Assembly: GCA_947501605.1 (NCBI GenBank) | Contig: CANMWZ010000030.1 | Coordinates: forward strand, 1-51,600 | Source of the DNA: Planctomycetota bacterium | GTDB taxonomy: Bacteria > Planctomycetota > UBA1135 > UBA2386 | Direction of reading: 5' to 3' | Length of the DNA: 51,600 bases | In this document: positions 35,554 through 45,712 of the stretch, piece by piece | How the letters are laid out: the number at the start of each line of letters is the position of its first letter | Numbering within the stretch: position 1 is the stretch's first letter | The notes under the pieces: generated by a model | What the model was told of the DNA's origin: nothing | Seen by the model: only the letters and a program-made list of their open reading frames with translations | Databases searched by the model: none | Translations under genes and position numbers: made by a program

Positions 35554-36408
35554 TCAGCGGGTGAGGCGGGAAGGCCCATCGGCTGCGAGCCTATAGACGT
35601 GGTCGGAGATCGGGTGCGAACTCGCCGCCGCCATCGCCTGCGCTTGCTGTTCGAGACGGGACAGGTCCTGCCCTTCTTCGCGAGCGAGCCACAGTACGTC
35701 GCGCTCGGGCATCGCCACCAACAACTGTTGGTCTAGCGGCAGCAGCAGCACGCGCGCGGCGTCGTAGCCATCGCCAGTTTGCAGCAGCACCGGAGCACCG
35801 GCAGAGGGCACGGGCAGCACCGCTGACCCGGCGCGCCGACGGAGGTTGGATGTCGCCAAGTGATGGACGTCCTCGACGCCTCGATGCCAGCGTTTCAGAT
35901 GGCCACGACAGACGAACGTCATCGACCGCGGGTCGTCGATCACATAGACGATCGCGAGGTCCTCGCCGAACGGCATGGACACCAACGCTGCATCACCAAA
36001 GAGCCCCTTTGCGGCGACCCAGTCTCGACTTCGCACCTGCGGCATCAGGTCTTGTGCAACCGCGCCGAACTCGTGATCCTCCAGCCGATCGAGCCCAATG
36101 TCGTCGATCTCGGCAAGCAGCTGTTCGACCGTCTTCGGGAACGCCGCGGGAAAGGCCTGGCACCGCCGGTGGATCTCGTGCAACGACATCGGCGTCTCCT
36201 GCCCGCGCACGCGAAGCAGGCAAGCGAACTGACCCGGCAGGAGGCCGAGGAACTGGACGTCCTCGTAGCGCGCCAGCTCTTTCGAGAAGCGCTCGACGAA
36301 TCGCACCACTTCCGGCGTGGGACCGGGGGGGCGTCGGCGGAGCCGGTGCAGCACGGCTGCCAGCAGGACGGCGGCGCCGCACCAGATCCCCACAATCCAA
36401 TCCCACAT
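35554..36408 (-). CDS. DUF1444/YtpQ-like protein with N-terminal TM
   Basis: LAIVYVID....MTFV....L..W...V...A..NL, DGYDAARVLL and LLVAMPERDVL. Confidence 0.65.
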   Translation of the reverse strand: MWDWIVGIWCGAAVLLAAVLHRLRRRPPGPTPEVVRFVERFSKELARYEDVQFLGLLPGQFACLLRVRGQETPMSLHEIHRRCQAFPAAFPKTVEQLLAEIDDIGLDRLEDHEFGAVAQDLMPQVRSRDWVAAKGLFGDAALVSMPFGEDLAIVYVIDDPRSMTFVCRGHLKRWHRGVEDVHHLATSNLRRRAGSAVLPVPSAGAPVLLQTGDGYDAARVLLLPLDQQLLVAMPERDVLWLAREEGQDLSRLEQQAQAMAAASSHPISDHVYRLAADGPSRLTR

Positions 36409-36583
36409 GCAAGGGCTGTATCGGCAGACGCAAAAGCCCCGCTCAAGCTCGCCGCGCCGCATCGCCGCAGGCGTCCGATTCGCCGGTGGCAACCGTCACA
36501 CGGCGCAGTTCCGCGGGCCACGGCCGTAGCCGACGGTGCCCTGGCTGTGGCCCGCGAACGGCCGCTTCGCCATGATCGAGCGA

Positions 36584-37768
36584 ATGCCGCGCCCGATCTA
36601 CCTCGACAATGCTGCCACGACCCGCCCGACCGAGAGCGTGGTCGAAGCCATGCAGAAGGCCCAACGCGACCTGTTCGGCAACCCGAGCAGCAAGCACTTG
36701 TTTGGCGTCAGTCCGAAGAAGCACCTCGATGACGCCCGTGAATTCCTGCGCGGCACGCTGTCGGCGGCCGAGATCGTGTTCACTTCCGGCGGCAGCGAGG
36801 CTGACTACCTCGGCATCCTCGGGTCGTCGATGGACCGTTCGCCCGGACGCGTGCTGATGGCCACAAGCGACCATCCTGCGATCCTGCAAACCTCGACCCT
36901 GTTGTCGCGCTGCCGACATCACACGAGCGTGTTGCCGGTGACGCGCGATGGTGACATCGACCCCGAGACGCTGTTCGACGCGCTGGGCACCGACGTACGC
37001 ACAGTGGCATTGATGCACGGGCACAACGAGCTCGGCACGCTGTCGCAACTCGAGGAGCTCGTGACCCTGGTGCGACGCACCGCGCCAGAGGCCCACATCC
37101 ATGTCGACCTCGTGCAGACCTACGGCAAGCTGCCGTTCGATCTCGACAAGATGGACGTCGATTCGGTTGCGGTCTCGGCGCACAAGTTCCACGGCCCCCG
37201 CGGTGTTGGCTTCCTGGCACTGTCGAGCAAGGCGAAGATCGCACCGCTGCAGCTGGCGGGCGGCCAAGAACACGGCCTTCGCGGCGGGACCGAGAACGTC
37301 GCTGGCGCGATCGGCACGATGCTCGCTGCCGAGGCTGCGTTTCTGCACCAAGCCGCGAATGCGCACCACACCGCGGCGATGTGTGAACTGGTCGAGAACG
37401 CTGTACTGCGCGCGGTCCCGGATGCCGAACGCCTCGGCCACCCGACGCGTCGCCTGCCGCACATCCTGTCACTGCGCATCCCTGGCACCACCAGCGAGAC
37501 CTTGATGCTGCGCTGCGACGAACGCGGCGTCTCGTTCTCGACCGGCTCCGCCTGCCATACCAAGGATGGAGAGCGCCGCGATCCAAAGAAGCCCGACAAC
37601 CACGTGCTCGCAGCGATTGGCCTCGATCGCATGGCCGCGCGCGAAGTGATCCGGTTGTCATTCTGCGGCACGACTTCGCGTGAGGATGCCGAACTCGCCG
37701 CCGAGATCCTGATCGAAGAGGCGCTCGAACTGCGCGCCAACAGCCCCGCCGCCGGAGGCCGTCGATGA
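36584..37768 (+). CDS. Cysteine desulfurase (IscS/NifS type, PLP-dependent)
   Basis: IYLDNAATT, GNPSS.H, FTSGGSE, SAHKFHGPRGVG, GGQE.GLRGGTEN and STGSAC. Confidence 0.93.
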   Translation: MPRPIYLDNAATTRPTESVVEAMQKAQRDLFGNPSSKHLFGVSPKKHLDDAREFLRGTLSAAEIVFTSGGSEADYLGILGSSMDRSPGRVLMATSDHPAILQTSTLLSRCRHHTSVLPVTRDGDIDPETLFDALGTDVRTVALMHGHNELGTLSQLEELVTLVRRTAPEAHIHVDLVQTYGKLPFDLDKMDVDSVAVSAHKFHGPRGVGFLALSSKAKIAPLQLAGGQEHGLRGGTENVAGAIGTMLAAEAAFLHQAANAHHTAAMCELVENAVLRAVPDAERLGHPTRRLPHILSLRIPGTTSETLMLRCDERGVSFSTGSACHTKDGERRDPKKPDNHVLAAIGLDRMAAREVIRLSFCGTTSREDAELAAEILIEEALELRANSPAAGGRR

Positions 37769-40365
37769 CGGAGTTCGCGTCCTCGACACCGGCGATGGCG
37801 CAGTATCTCGCCCATAAGAGACTCCATCCGGACGCGTTGCTGTTCTTCCGGATGGGTGACTTCTACGAACTGTTCTTCGAGGACGCGAAGATCGCGAGCA
37901 AGGTGCTCGGCATCACGCTGACAAGTCGCAGCAAGGGCGACGCGGCCATCCCGATGGCCGGTGTGCCGTACCGATCGCTCGACGGCTACCTGAAACGGCT
38001 CGTGCAAAAGGGCCACCGCGTCGCCATCTGCGAGCAGATGCAGGACCCAAAGGAAGCCAAGGGGGTGATCGAGCGCCAAGTCGTACGCATCGTCACGCCG
38101 GGCACGCTCACGGAGGACTCGCTGCTCGACAACAGCCGCCCCAACCACCTCGTCGCCATCACGGTGCAGAAAGACCGCGCCGGCCTCGCCTGGGTCGAGC
38201 TGTCGACCGGGGCGTTCTCGGTCCACGAATGCACGCTCGCGAGCCTGCCCGACGAACTGTTGCGGATCGAAGCCGCCGAGGTGCTGCTTTCCGACGAGCT
38301 GCGCGGCCAAGAGCGGGAATGGCTGCGTGAGAAGGAGCTCCCGATCACCTACCGCGCGCCCTACGACTTCGGCGTCGACTCCGCCACGCGCACACTGTGC
38401 ACGTTCTTCGCCACGACCACATTGGCGGGGTTTGGCATCGACGAACTGCCGCTCGCGACCGGGGCGGCCGGTGCGCTGATCGGCTACGTGCAGGAGACGC
38501 AACTGACCGCGCTGCCGCACGTGCGCGCCATCGCCATCTTCGACGATGGCCTGCACATGCGCCTCGACCGCGCGACGCAGCGCAGCCTCGAGCTGGTGCA
38601 GACACTGCACAAAGACAGCGACGGCACGCCGCTACTGTCCATCCTCGATCGAACCAAGACACCGATGGGCGCGCGGCTGTTGCGCAACTGGGTGCTGTCG
38701 CCCCTTGTCGCCGTCCACCTGATCCTGCAACGTCAATCCGCCGTTGCTGAGTTCGTCGCCACGCCTGCGACTGGCGAGGCCCTGCAACAGTGCTTGCAGC
38801 ATGTGCTCGATCTCGAGCGTCTCTGCGGCCGCGCAGCCTTTGGCCGCGCCCACGCGCGCGACCTGCAGGCCCTGCGCCAGAGCCTCGACCCGCTGCCCGA
38901 GGTCAAGCACGCGCTTGTGCACTGCAGTTCGAAGACCCTGCGCTCGCTCGGCGAACGCCTCGACCCACTTACCGACCTCGCCGACCGCATCGGCAAGGTG
39001 CTGGCCGATGACTTGCCGCTCGGCCTCAGAGACGGCGGCCTGATCCGCTTGGGCTTCGATCCAGCCCTCGACGAGCTGCGCACACTCGCCCACGACAGCA
39101 ACCAGTGGCTCGCGCGCTACCAGCAGCAACTCGTGGAGATCACCGGCATCGCGACCCTCAAGGTCGGGTTCAACAAGGTCTTCGGCTACTACATCGAGAT
39201 CACGCAGGCGCACAAGGCAGTGGAACTTCCGCGCGAGTTCCTTCGCAAGCAGACGACGAAGAACGCGGAGCGCTACGTCACGGACGAACTGCGGACCTTC
39301 GAGAGCAAAGTGCTCAAGGCGGAGGAGAACAGCAAGGCGCTGGAGTACGAGCTGTTCTGCGCATTGCGCGAACAGGTCGCCAACGAGATCGAGCGGTTGC
39401 AGCAGACGTCAGCGGTGATCGCCGAGCTCGACGCCTACCTGTCGCTGGCGCAGGTCGCGCGCGATCGCAACTACTGCAAGCCGGAGCTGGATGACTCCAT
39501 GATCCTGCGGATCGAAGACGGCCGGCACCCGGTTCTGGAAGCAACGCACGCGGCCGGCACGTTTGTCCCCAACGACACGGACCTCGGCGCCGTGCGTCGC
39601 CGAGTGTCGCTGCTGACCGGCCCGAACATGGCCGGCAAGTCGACCTACATCCGGCAGAACGCGCTCATCGTGCTGCTGGCACAGATCGGTTCCTTCGTGC
39701 CGGCGAAGGCGGCGCGCATCGGCATGGTCGATCGCATCTTTACGCGCGTCGGCAGCAGCGACGACATCAGCCGCGGCGCCTCGACCTTCATGGTCGAGAT
39801 GACCGAGACAGCCAACATCCTCAACAACGCGACGAAGCGCAGCCTCGTGATCCTCGACGAGGTCGGGCGCGGCACGAGCACCTACGACGGCATGTCGCTC
39901 GCCTGGGCCATCGCCGAGGACCTGCACGATCGAGTTGGGTGCCGCGCGTTGTTCGCGACGCACTACCACCAGTTGACCAACCTGCAGGCCGAAGGCCGCG
40001 CGATCGTGAGCCAGCGCGTCGCCGTTCGCGAGTGGGACGACCAAATCGTGTTCTTGCACCGCATCGAGGATGGCGGCACGGACAAGAGTTACGGCTTGCA
40101 CGTGGCGCGCCTCGCCGGGATCCCGCGAGCGGTCATCGCACGCGCGGAAGCGGTGCTGAAGGAACTGGAGAGCGAGGGCGAGGAGATGCGCGAAACGCTG
40201 GTATCGGCGCGCGAGCGGAAGAAGCCGGGGTTGAAGCAGAAGGAACTGTTCGCCCCACCGCCGGACCCGATCGTCGAAGCACTGCGGACGTTGGATGTGG
40301 ATGGACTCTCGCCGCGCGAGGCGCTGTTGCTGTTGGCGAAATGGAAGGAGCAGGCTGGCGGGTAG
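37765..40365 (+). CDS. mutS: DNA mismatch repair protein MutS
   Basis: TPAMAQY, FRMGDFYELF, PMAGVP, TGPNMAGKSTY, STFMVEM, DEVGRGTST, ATHYH and SYGLHVA. Confidence 0.98.
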   Translation: MTEFASSTPAMAQYLAHKRLHPDALLFFRMGDFYELFFEDAKIASKVLGITLTSRSKGDAAIPMAGVPYRSLDGYLKRLVQKGHRVAICEQMQDPKEAKGVIERQVVRIVTPGTLTEDSLLDNSRPNHLVAITVQKDRAGLAWVELSTGAFSVHECTLASLPDELLRIEAAEVLLSDELRGQEREWLREKELPITYRAPYDFGVDSATRTLCTFFATTTLAGFGIDELPLATGAAGALIGYVQETQLTALPHVRAIAIFDDGLHMRLDRATQRSLELVQTLHKDSDGTPLLSILDRTKTPMGARLLRNWVLSPLVAVHLILQRQSAVAEFVATPATGEALQQCLQHVLDLERLCGRAAFGRAHARDLQALRQSLDPLPEVKHALVHCSSKTLRSLGERLDPLTDLADRIGKVLADDLPLGLRDGGLIRLGFDPALDELRTLAHDSNQWLARYQQQLVEITGIATLKVGFNKVFGYYIEITQAHKAVELPREFLRKQTTKNAERYVTDELRTFESKVLKAEENSKALEYELFCALREQVANEIERLQQTSAVIAELDAYLSLAQVARDRNYCKPELDDSMILRIEDGRHPVLEATHAAGTFVPNDTDLGAVRRRVSLLTGPNMAGKSTYIRQNALIVLLAQIGSFVPAKAARIGMVDRIFTRVGSSDDISRGASTFMVEMTETANILNNATKRSLVILDEVGRGTSTYDGMSLAWAIAEDLHDRVGCRALFATHYHQLTNLQAEGRAIVSQRVAVREWDDQIVFLHRIEDGGTDKSYGLHVARLAGIPRAVIARAEAVLKELESEGEEMRETLVSARERKKPGLKQKELFAPPPDPIVEALRTLDVDGLSPREALLLLAKWKEQAGG

Positions 40366-40468
40366 CGACAGCAGCGCCCGCTCGACCAGAGACCTCGCTT
40401 CTCCGTGGCGGACTGACGACCGCGCAAACCAGCATCCGCAGCGGACAACACCAACGAAACGAGCCGCC

Positions 40469-40942
40469 ATGTTCGACCCTTCCGCGCTCGACACCATTAC
40501 CGCGTGCTACCACGAAGCTGGCCACGCCATGATCGCGCACTGGATCGGCGGCACCGTTCTTATGTGCACGATCGAAACCGAGGACGACACGCTCGGAGGC
40601 CGGACTTCGGTGGAATGGCGCGGCCTGTCCACCGCCGAGCGCCGGCGCTGCTCGGCTCTGGTGGCCCTCGGCGGACCGATCGCCGAAGCACACCACCGCC
40701 GCGACCTCGATCTTCTGGAGTCGATCGCAGCCTGGGAGGCCGACTGGCGCGAGATCGCCACGGCACTCGCCGCGCAGCCTCCCTCGAGCCGTCGCGAGCA
40801 GACGTTGCGGGGGTGGATCGCCGAGGTTGCTCGTCAACTCGAGGACCCCAATCAGTGGGAACGCCTTTGTCGTGTCGCCGACGCGCTCGCCGCGCACGAG
40901 ACCATCGACCGCGCCCTGTTCCTCGACGCAATCTCGGACTGA
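40469..40942 (+). CDS. Stand-alone peptidase M41 (FtsH protease-domain)-like protein
   Basis: ACYHEAGHA, LGGPIAE, EAD and ADALAAHETID; no AAA domain. Confidence 0.7.
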   Translation: MFDPSALDTITACYHEAGHAMIAHWIGGTVLMCTIETEDDTLGGRTSVEWRGLSTAERRRCSALVALGGPIAEAHHRRDLDLLESIAAWEADWREIATALAAQPPSSRREQTLRGWIAEVARQLEDPNQWERLCRVADALAAHETIDRALFLDAISD

Positions 40943-41131
40943 CGCGACGACGGCGGCGACCGTTCGCCTGCGACCGCGGGCGCGAACACTACGCCCACCG
41001 CGGTCGGGCTCAGAAGGCTGCGACGCCACTACGGGCACCGCAGCTTGACCAATCCGAGCGACCTGGTGTCGCCCTCGTCGGCATCGGCGCAGGAGGCCAC
41101 CGTGACCATCGTCCGGCGGCCAGATGCACGC

Positions 41132-41956
41132 TCAGACCTTCGGGGACTTCTCAGTCTCGTCGTGCCGACGCGCGCTCTCGAGCAGCAGCTGCGTCATCGA
41201 CATGCCGCGGTCGTGTTCCTCGTCGCGGCATTCCGGATCGAACCGATACCACGAGTCTGGCAGGTCATACGCAGCGTGGAAGACCTTCTGCGCCTGCTGC
41301 TCCACGGCGCGCAGGAGCGTCGCGCGATCCACCTTGCCCGCCTCCACCAACGCGTCGCCCAGTCGCTTGCCGCGCGGGATCGCGTGGTCGACGAACTCCT
41401 GCAGCGTTGCCGCCTCGATCGCGCCCCCATCCACCAGGATCTTGCCGAGGCGAAGGTCTGGATCCGCCGAGGTGGTCTGTGCCGAGACCACTGCGCCGCG
41501 CTTGATCTCGACGCGGAAGGCCGCGAATTCATTCCAGACGTGCACCGTGCCGCTCTTCTGCAAGGTCGCCAACAGGCCGAGAACTTCTGGTACCGCGAGC
41601 ACCGACGAATGGCCAAGCAAGGTGGCACCCGTAGGCGTCTCCGCCTCCTCGTGCTCTGCCGCCTCTGCGGGCGCTTCGCTCACCGCCACTGTCGATCCAC
41701 CCTGCACTCCACCCAGGAGGTCGTACTCCGTGAGCAGCCACTTCGCGGCGCGCAGTGCACGGAAGGCAAAGTGCTTCGGAACAGCAGGAGAGCCTGCATC
41801 GGCGACTGACCCAGCGTCCTTGCCGACGACAGGGTTCGTCGCACCGGATTCCGCCGACGGCGACGGACTGGCCGAGGCAGCCGCAGTGGTTGCCAGAGAT
41901 CCGCCCTGATTCAGGGACGGATGCGGTTCTCGGCGGTTACTGCGCTTCTTCGACAC
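41132..41956 (-). CDS. DUF4388-domain protein
   Basis: L.G....LAVPEVLGLL...KSGTVHV, G.VV.A, RLGKILV..GAI and RLGDALVEAG...LLLESARRHDE. Start uncertain. Confidence 0.78.
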   Translation of the reverse strand: MSKKRSNRREPHPSLNQGGSLATTAAASASPSPSAESGATNPVVGKDAGSVADAGSPAVPKHFAFRALRAAKWLLTEYDLLGGVQGGSTVAVSEAPAEAAEHEEAETPTGATLLGHSSVLAVPEVLGLLATLQKSGTVHVWNEFAAFRVEIKRGAVVSAQTTSADPDLRLGKILVDGGAIEAATLQEFVDHAIPRGKRLGDALVEAGKVDRATLLRAVEQQAQKVFHAAYDLPDSWYRFDPECRDEEHDRGMSMTQLLLESARRHDETEKSPKV

Positions 41957-42066
41957 GATGTGAGACTCTCGGTACCGACCGCGAGAGCGCCACATCCTGA
42001 GCACCCAGAAGCGGCGTGGGGTCTTTGTCGTACACCGCGCGCCAAGAGCCCCTTCCCGTCAGCACT

Positions 42067-44340
42067 TCACCACATCAAACGGCCACCGAGAATCGCGTTG
42101 AAGCCCGGTTGATTCACACCCGACCCGTGGATGCGGTAGCTCGTGTCGGTGACGTTCTCCAACGTCAGCAAGAACTCAACGTTGTCCGAGACCTTGTAGC
42201 CAGAGTTGATCATCATCGCGAAGTAGCGCGGCGTGCCGGCCGGCGGAAAGCGCGAAGTATCGGCTCGGTCGGCGGAGTTGAGGCGACCTTCGTGCGCGGC
42301 CGCGATTCCACGTGTCTCGACCCAGAAGCGACCCTGCGGCTGGGTCCAACGCAATGCCAGCGAGCCGGTCACCGGCATCAGGCGCGAGATCGGCTGCGTC
42401 ACTGCCGTGAGACTGCCCGTTGGGAAGGCATCGGCCTCGCCATCGACGTAGGCGACGAAGCCCGAGGCCAACCAGTCGCGATCCATCTGCCACGACGACT
42501 CGAGTTCACCGCCCGCGAGCCAGCCGCTACTGCCGTTGGTCGTGGTGGTGATGATCTCGCCGGTGCCTGGCACGACGCCGATTGGTCGGCTCGTGATGAG
42601 GTCTTGGATGTCGGTGTAGTAGACGGCAGCCTGCAGACCGACGTCCTTGCCGACGTGGCGGGTGCCCACTTCGTAGGTAAGGAAATGCTCGGGCTCGACG
42701 TCGAGCGAACCGGTCGAGATCACACCCGTGCGCGAGGACTTCAACGAACTCAGATCGTCGATGTTGGGCGCGCGGAAGGCCTGGCTCGCACCGCCGTAGA
42801 GACTCCACTCGGGATCGAGCCGGTAGCTCGCGCGCAGATTGAAGGTCGCTTCTTCCCAGTCCTTGTCGGCACTGATCGGCGTGCCCCCGTCGTTGAGTCG
42901 GCCGATGTCGGCTTTGGCGTAGGTGTAGCGACCACCGAGCGTGAACTCGAGATCGTCGCTGGCCGGCAAGCGACCCTGCGCATAGACACCGAGCAAGTCG
43001 TACGTCGCGTCGTCTCCCAGCGGGCCCTGAATCGCCGTGGTGTTGGAGATCAGGGCGTTGCTCGGATTGAACAGCAGCGTGTTGGTGTTCGAGTCGACCT
43101 CGTCGCGGTAGTAATCGACGCCGTAGGCAATCGTCGCCGCGTCGACCTTGCTCTCGAGATTCAGTGCGGCGCCGAGCGTGTCGACCTGCGTCCGGTCGAG
43201 CTGCACGCTGGTGTTTGGCGCGACGGTACGCGTGCGGTTGAAGTGCTCGTCCGAGCGCTGGTACGAGATCGTCAGCTTGTAGGCATCGACGGCGCCGCCG
43301 AGGTCCTCACCGGCGACACGCGCGTAGGTGAGCTCTCGTTCTTGGTCGTAGATGCGTGCGAGATCGGGATTGGTCAACGACGTGCCGCGCCACGGCTCGA
43401 AGTAGATCGTGTTGTGCGTGCGCCACACGTCGTCTTGCTCGACGGCTTGGTGCGCGACGGTGAAGGTGTGCTTCTGCGACAACGCTGCGTCGAAGCGAAG
43501 GTCGTAGTCAAACTCCTCGTAGCCCGTCTTCTCCATCGTGCCGAGCATCCGGTCGCGGATGTCGCCAAAGTCACGGTAGGTCGCACCGACGTGCAAGCCA
43601 AACGAACCGCCTTCGCCCACCTGGGCCTCGAGCCTTCCGGTGTGCGAGCCGCCGTTGGTGTCGTAGCGATAGAGCGTTGATCCATGGGAGAAGCCGCGGC
43701 CCGCGGCCTCGCTACGGAAGTCGGCAGCGCGTGTGTGCAAGTTGATCGTGCCGCCCGCCGCGTCGGAGCCGTAGAGCACCGAGCCCTGGCTCTTGATCAC
43801 TTCGAGGCGATCGATCGAGAACGCGTCGATCGTGTTCCAGTACTGCACCGGACCGCTGCGGAAGCCCGAGTTGTTGAAGCGGATACCGTCGATCAGCAGC
43901 AAGTTCTGACGACCCGTGAAGCCGCGGATGTACGGCGAACCGTGACCATGCGTGGTCTTCTGCACCATGACGCCCGGAACGAGACTGAGCGCTTCGGGCA
44001 GCGTGCGCACGCCGCGCTGCATCATGGTCTGCTGATCCAGGCTCTGGAACGTGTAGGGCGTCGCGAGCTCGTCCTCGGCAAAGCCCGAGGCTGTCACCAT
44101 CACGCGCGGGACAGGCTTGTTGTCGCTTCCCTTAGGCCCTGCGGGGACCGGAGACCCTGCGGGGACCGGAGACACAGGCTCTTGGCCTTGGCCTGCGGCT
44201 GCGGCGCCCGGGTCGGGCCTCGCCACCGCCGTCGACGGTGACGGGCTCGGAGTCTGACTTGGCGCCTGAGCCAGAGCCGTGAGGGACAAGAGGGTGCACG
44301 CCGCAGCGAGCGGCAACGGGGAGCCGGACGAGGTGGACAC
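42067..44340 (-). CDS. TonB-dependent outer-membrane receptor
   Basis: Signal peptide, TonB-box-like VMVTAS, plug PGV..Q...IRGF...LLLIDG...LEVIKSQGSVLYGSDA.GG.IN, FRAPN, LENVTD..Y and C-terminal W. Confidence 0.95.
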   Translation of the reverse strand: MSTSSGSPLPLAAACTLLSLTALAQAPSQTPSPSPSTAVARPDPGAAAAGQGQEPVSPVPAGSPVPAGPKGSDNKPVPRVMVTASGFAEDELATPYTFQSLDQQTMMQRGVRTLPEALSLVPGVMVQKTTHGHGSPYIRGFTGRQNLLLIDGIRFNNSGFRSGPVQYWNTIDAFSIDRLEVIKSQGSVLYGSDAAGGTINLHTRAADFRSEAAGRGFSHGSTLYRYDTNGGSHTGRLEAQVGEGGSFGLHVGATYRDFGDIRDRMLGTMEKTGYEEFDYDLRFDAALSQKHTFTVAHQAVEQDDVWRTHNTIYFEPWRGTSLTNPDLARIYDQERELTYARVAGEDLGGAVDAYKLTISYQRSDEHFNRTRTVAPNTSVQLDRTQVDTLGAALNLESKVDAATIAYGVDYYRDEVDSNTNTLLFNPSNALISNTTAIQGPLGDDATYDLLGVYAQGRLPASDDLEFTLGGRYTYAKADIGRLNDGGTPISADKDWEEATFNLRASYRLDPEWSLYGGASQAFRAPNIDDLSSLKSSRTGVISTGSLDVEPEHFLTYEVGTRHVGKDVGLQAAVYYTDIQDLITSRPIGVVPGTGEIITTTTNGSSGWLAGGELESSWQMDRDWLASGFVAYVDGEADAFPTGSLTAVTQPISRLMPVTGSLALRWTQPQGRFWVETRGIAAAHEGRLNSADRADTSRFPPAGTPRYFAMMINSGYKVSDNVEFLLTLENVTDTSYRIHGSGVNQPGFNAILGGRLMW
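44138..44173 (-). repeat. Perfect 18-bp tandem repeat (SPVPAG twice) in the TonB receptor N-terminal linker
   Basis: cctgcggggaccggagac occurs twice in tandem. Confidence 0.9.
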
Positions 44341-44518
44341 GGTGGACGAGATGCGGGACTAGCCGAGGATGGGGCGGAGACAGTGGCCGGTCGACAGGTG
44401 AGGGTCAACGCGACGGAGGGGCCGTGGGCGGCGCAACGAGCCGTAGTACGGGTCGGTTCAGCGACTTTTCCGCCGGGCCGAGCGGATGGAGGGTCGCTAC
44501 CCTCTGCCCGCCACTCGC

Positions 44519-45712
44519 ATGCGATCCACCTCCGGCCAGCACTACCTCGCTCTCGACCACGTGCGCGCGGTAGCGGCGTGGTTCGTGTTCGTTTGGCACT
44601 TCAACCACGGCAATCCGGGCGCCACCGCGCCACTGCCGCCGACCTTCGCTGTTCCGATCAGTCCGGCCGGGCTCCTACAGAACGCGATGACTGCATGGCA
44701 GTTGTTCGTCCAGCACTTCGCACCGGGTGCGCTCGCTGGCACACCCGTCCTGTTCCGCAACACGCCGTCATTCTGGCCGGGCTCGCTCCTCGACGAAGGC
44801 CACACCGGCGTCGCGTTGTTCATGACTCTGTCGGGCTACTTGTTTGCCAAACTGCTCGACGGTCGGCGGGTTCACTTCGGTGCGTTCTTGTGGAACCGCG
44901 CACTACGCCTGCTTCCGCTGCTCGCAGTGGTGCTGACGATTGTCGGGGTGGAGACCGTCGTGAACGGCAGTGCCAGCCTCCTCGACTACCTGCGCTTCGT
45001 CGGCAGCGGCCTCCTGTTACCGCACCTGCCGAACGGGGCGTGGTCCATCACGGTCGAACTGCACTTTTATGTACTGCTGCCGCTGTTGCTCGCCATGTCG
45101 CGCCGCTGGACGTGGCCACTGCTTGTGGTCGTGGCTTCGATGATTGCGCTGCGAGCTGTCATCCACGCCACCGACGGCAGCGTGCAGATGCTGGCCTACT
45201 CGACGCTGTGCGGACGCATGGATCAGTTCGTGTTCGGCATCCTCGCACTGCGTCATCGCGCGGCGATCGCGCGGCGGTGGCCGCTGGTGCTCGCGGCACT
45301 GGCCGCATTCGTGTTCGCCTACCATGACTTCGACGCGAGTGGCGGCTACTACGGCGACTCGGGCTACCCGACGACCACCGCGTGGTGGATCATCCTGCCG
45401 ACGATCGAAGGACTCGCCTACGCGTTGGCGATCGCAGCCTATGACACGCTGGCGCGGCCTCGTGACACCGGCGTATCCGCGTTCCTTGCACGACTCGGCG
45501 CCTGGTCCTACTCGATCTATCTCCTGCACTTCTTCGTCGTGTTCCACCTAGCCGCGCTGTTCACGGACTGGTTCGGCATCCGCGCCATGAGTTTCACGGT
45601 GAGCACGGGGCTCGCGACGGTGTGCTTCTGCGCCATGGCGCCCATCGGTTGGTTGAGCTTCCGCATCATCGAAGGCCCGTTCTTGAAGTTGCGGCGGCCC
45701 TATCTGAAGTAG
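44519..45712 (+). CDS. Acyltransferase-3 (OafA/YrhL-like) membrane O-acyltransferase
   Basis: LDHVRAVA, GVALFMTLSGYL, RALRLLP, WSITVELHFY and LGAWSYSIYLLH. Confidence 0.93.
   Translation: MRSTSGQHYLALDHVRAVAAWFVFVWHFNHGNPGATAPLPPTFAVPISPAGLLQNAMTAWQLFVQHFAPGALAGTPVLFRNTPSFWPGSLLDEGHTGVALFMTLSGYLFAKLLDGRRVHFGAFLWNRALRLLPLLAVVLTIVGVETVVNGSASLLDYLRFVGSGLLLPHLPNGAWSITVELHFYVLLPLLLAMSRRWTWPLLVVVASMIALRAVIHATDGSVQMLAYSTLCGRMDQFVFGILALRHRAAIARRWPLVLAALAAFVFAYHDFDASGGYYGDSGYPTTTAWWIILPTIEGLAYALAIAAYDTLARPRDTGVSAFLARLGAWSYSIYLLHFFVVFHLAALFTDWFGIRAMSFTVSTGLATVCFCAMAPIGWLSFRIIEGPFLKLRRPYLK

Noticed and set aside
40965..41045. Two adjacent hairpins sharing ctgcgac...cactacg..caccgc
   Set aside because: Only two short imperfect copies between convergent genes. 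Most simply terminator structures, and not a CRISPR array.
42067..44340. Calling the TonB receptor btuB because of the B12 riboswitch
   Set aside because: It lies 12 kb away with no riboswitch upstream, and its substrate cannot be inferred from sequence.
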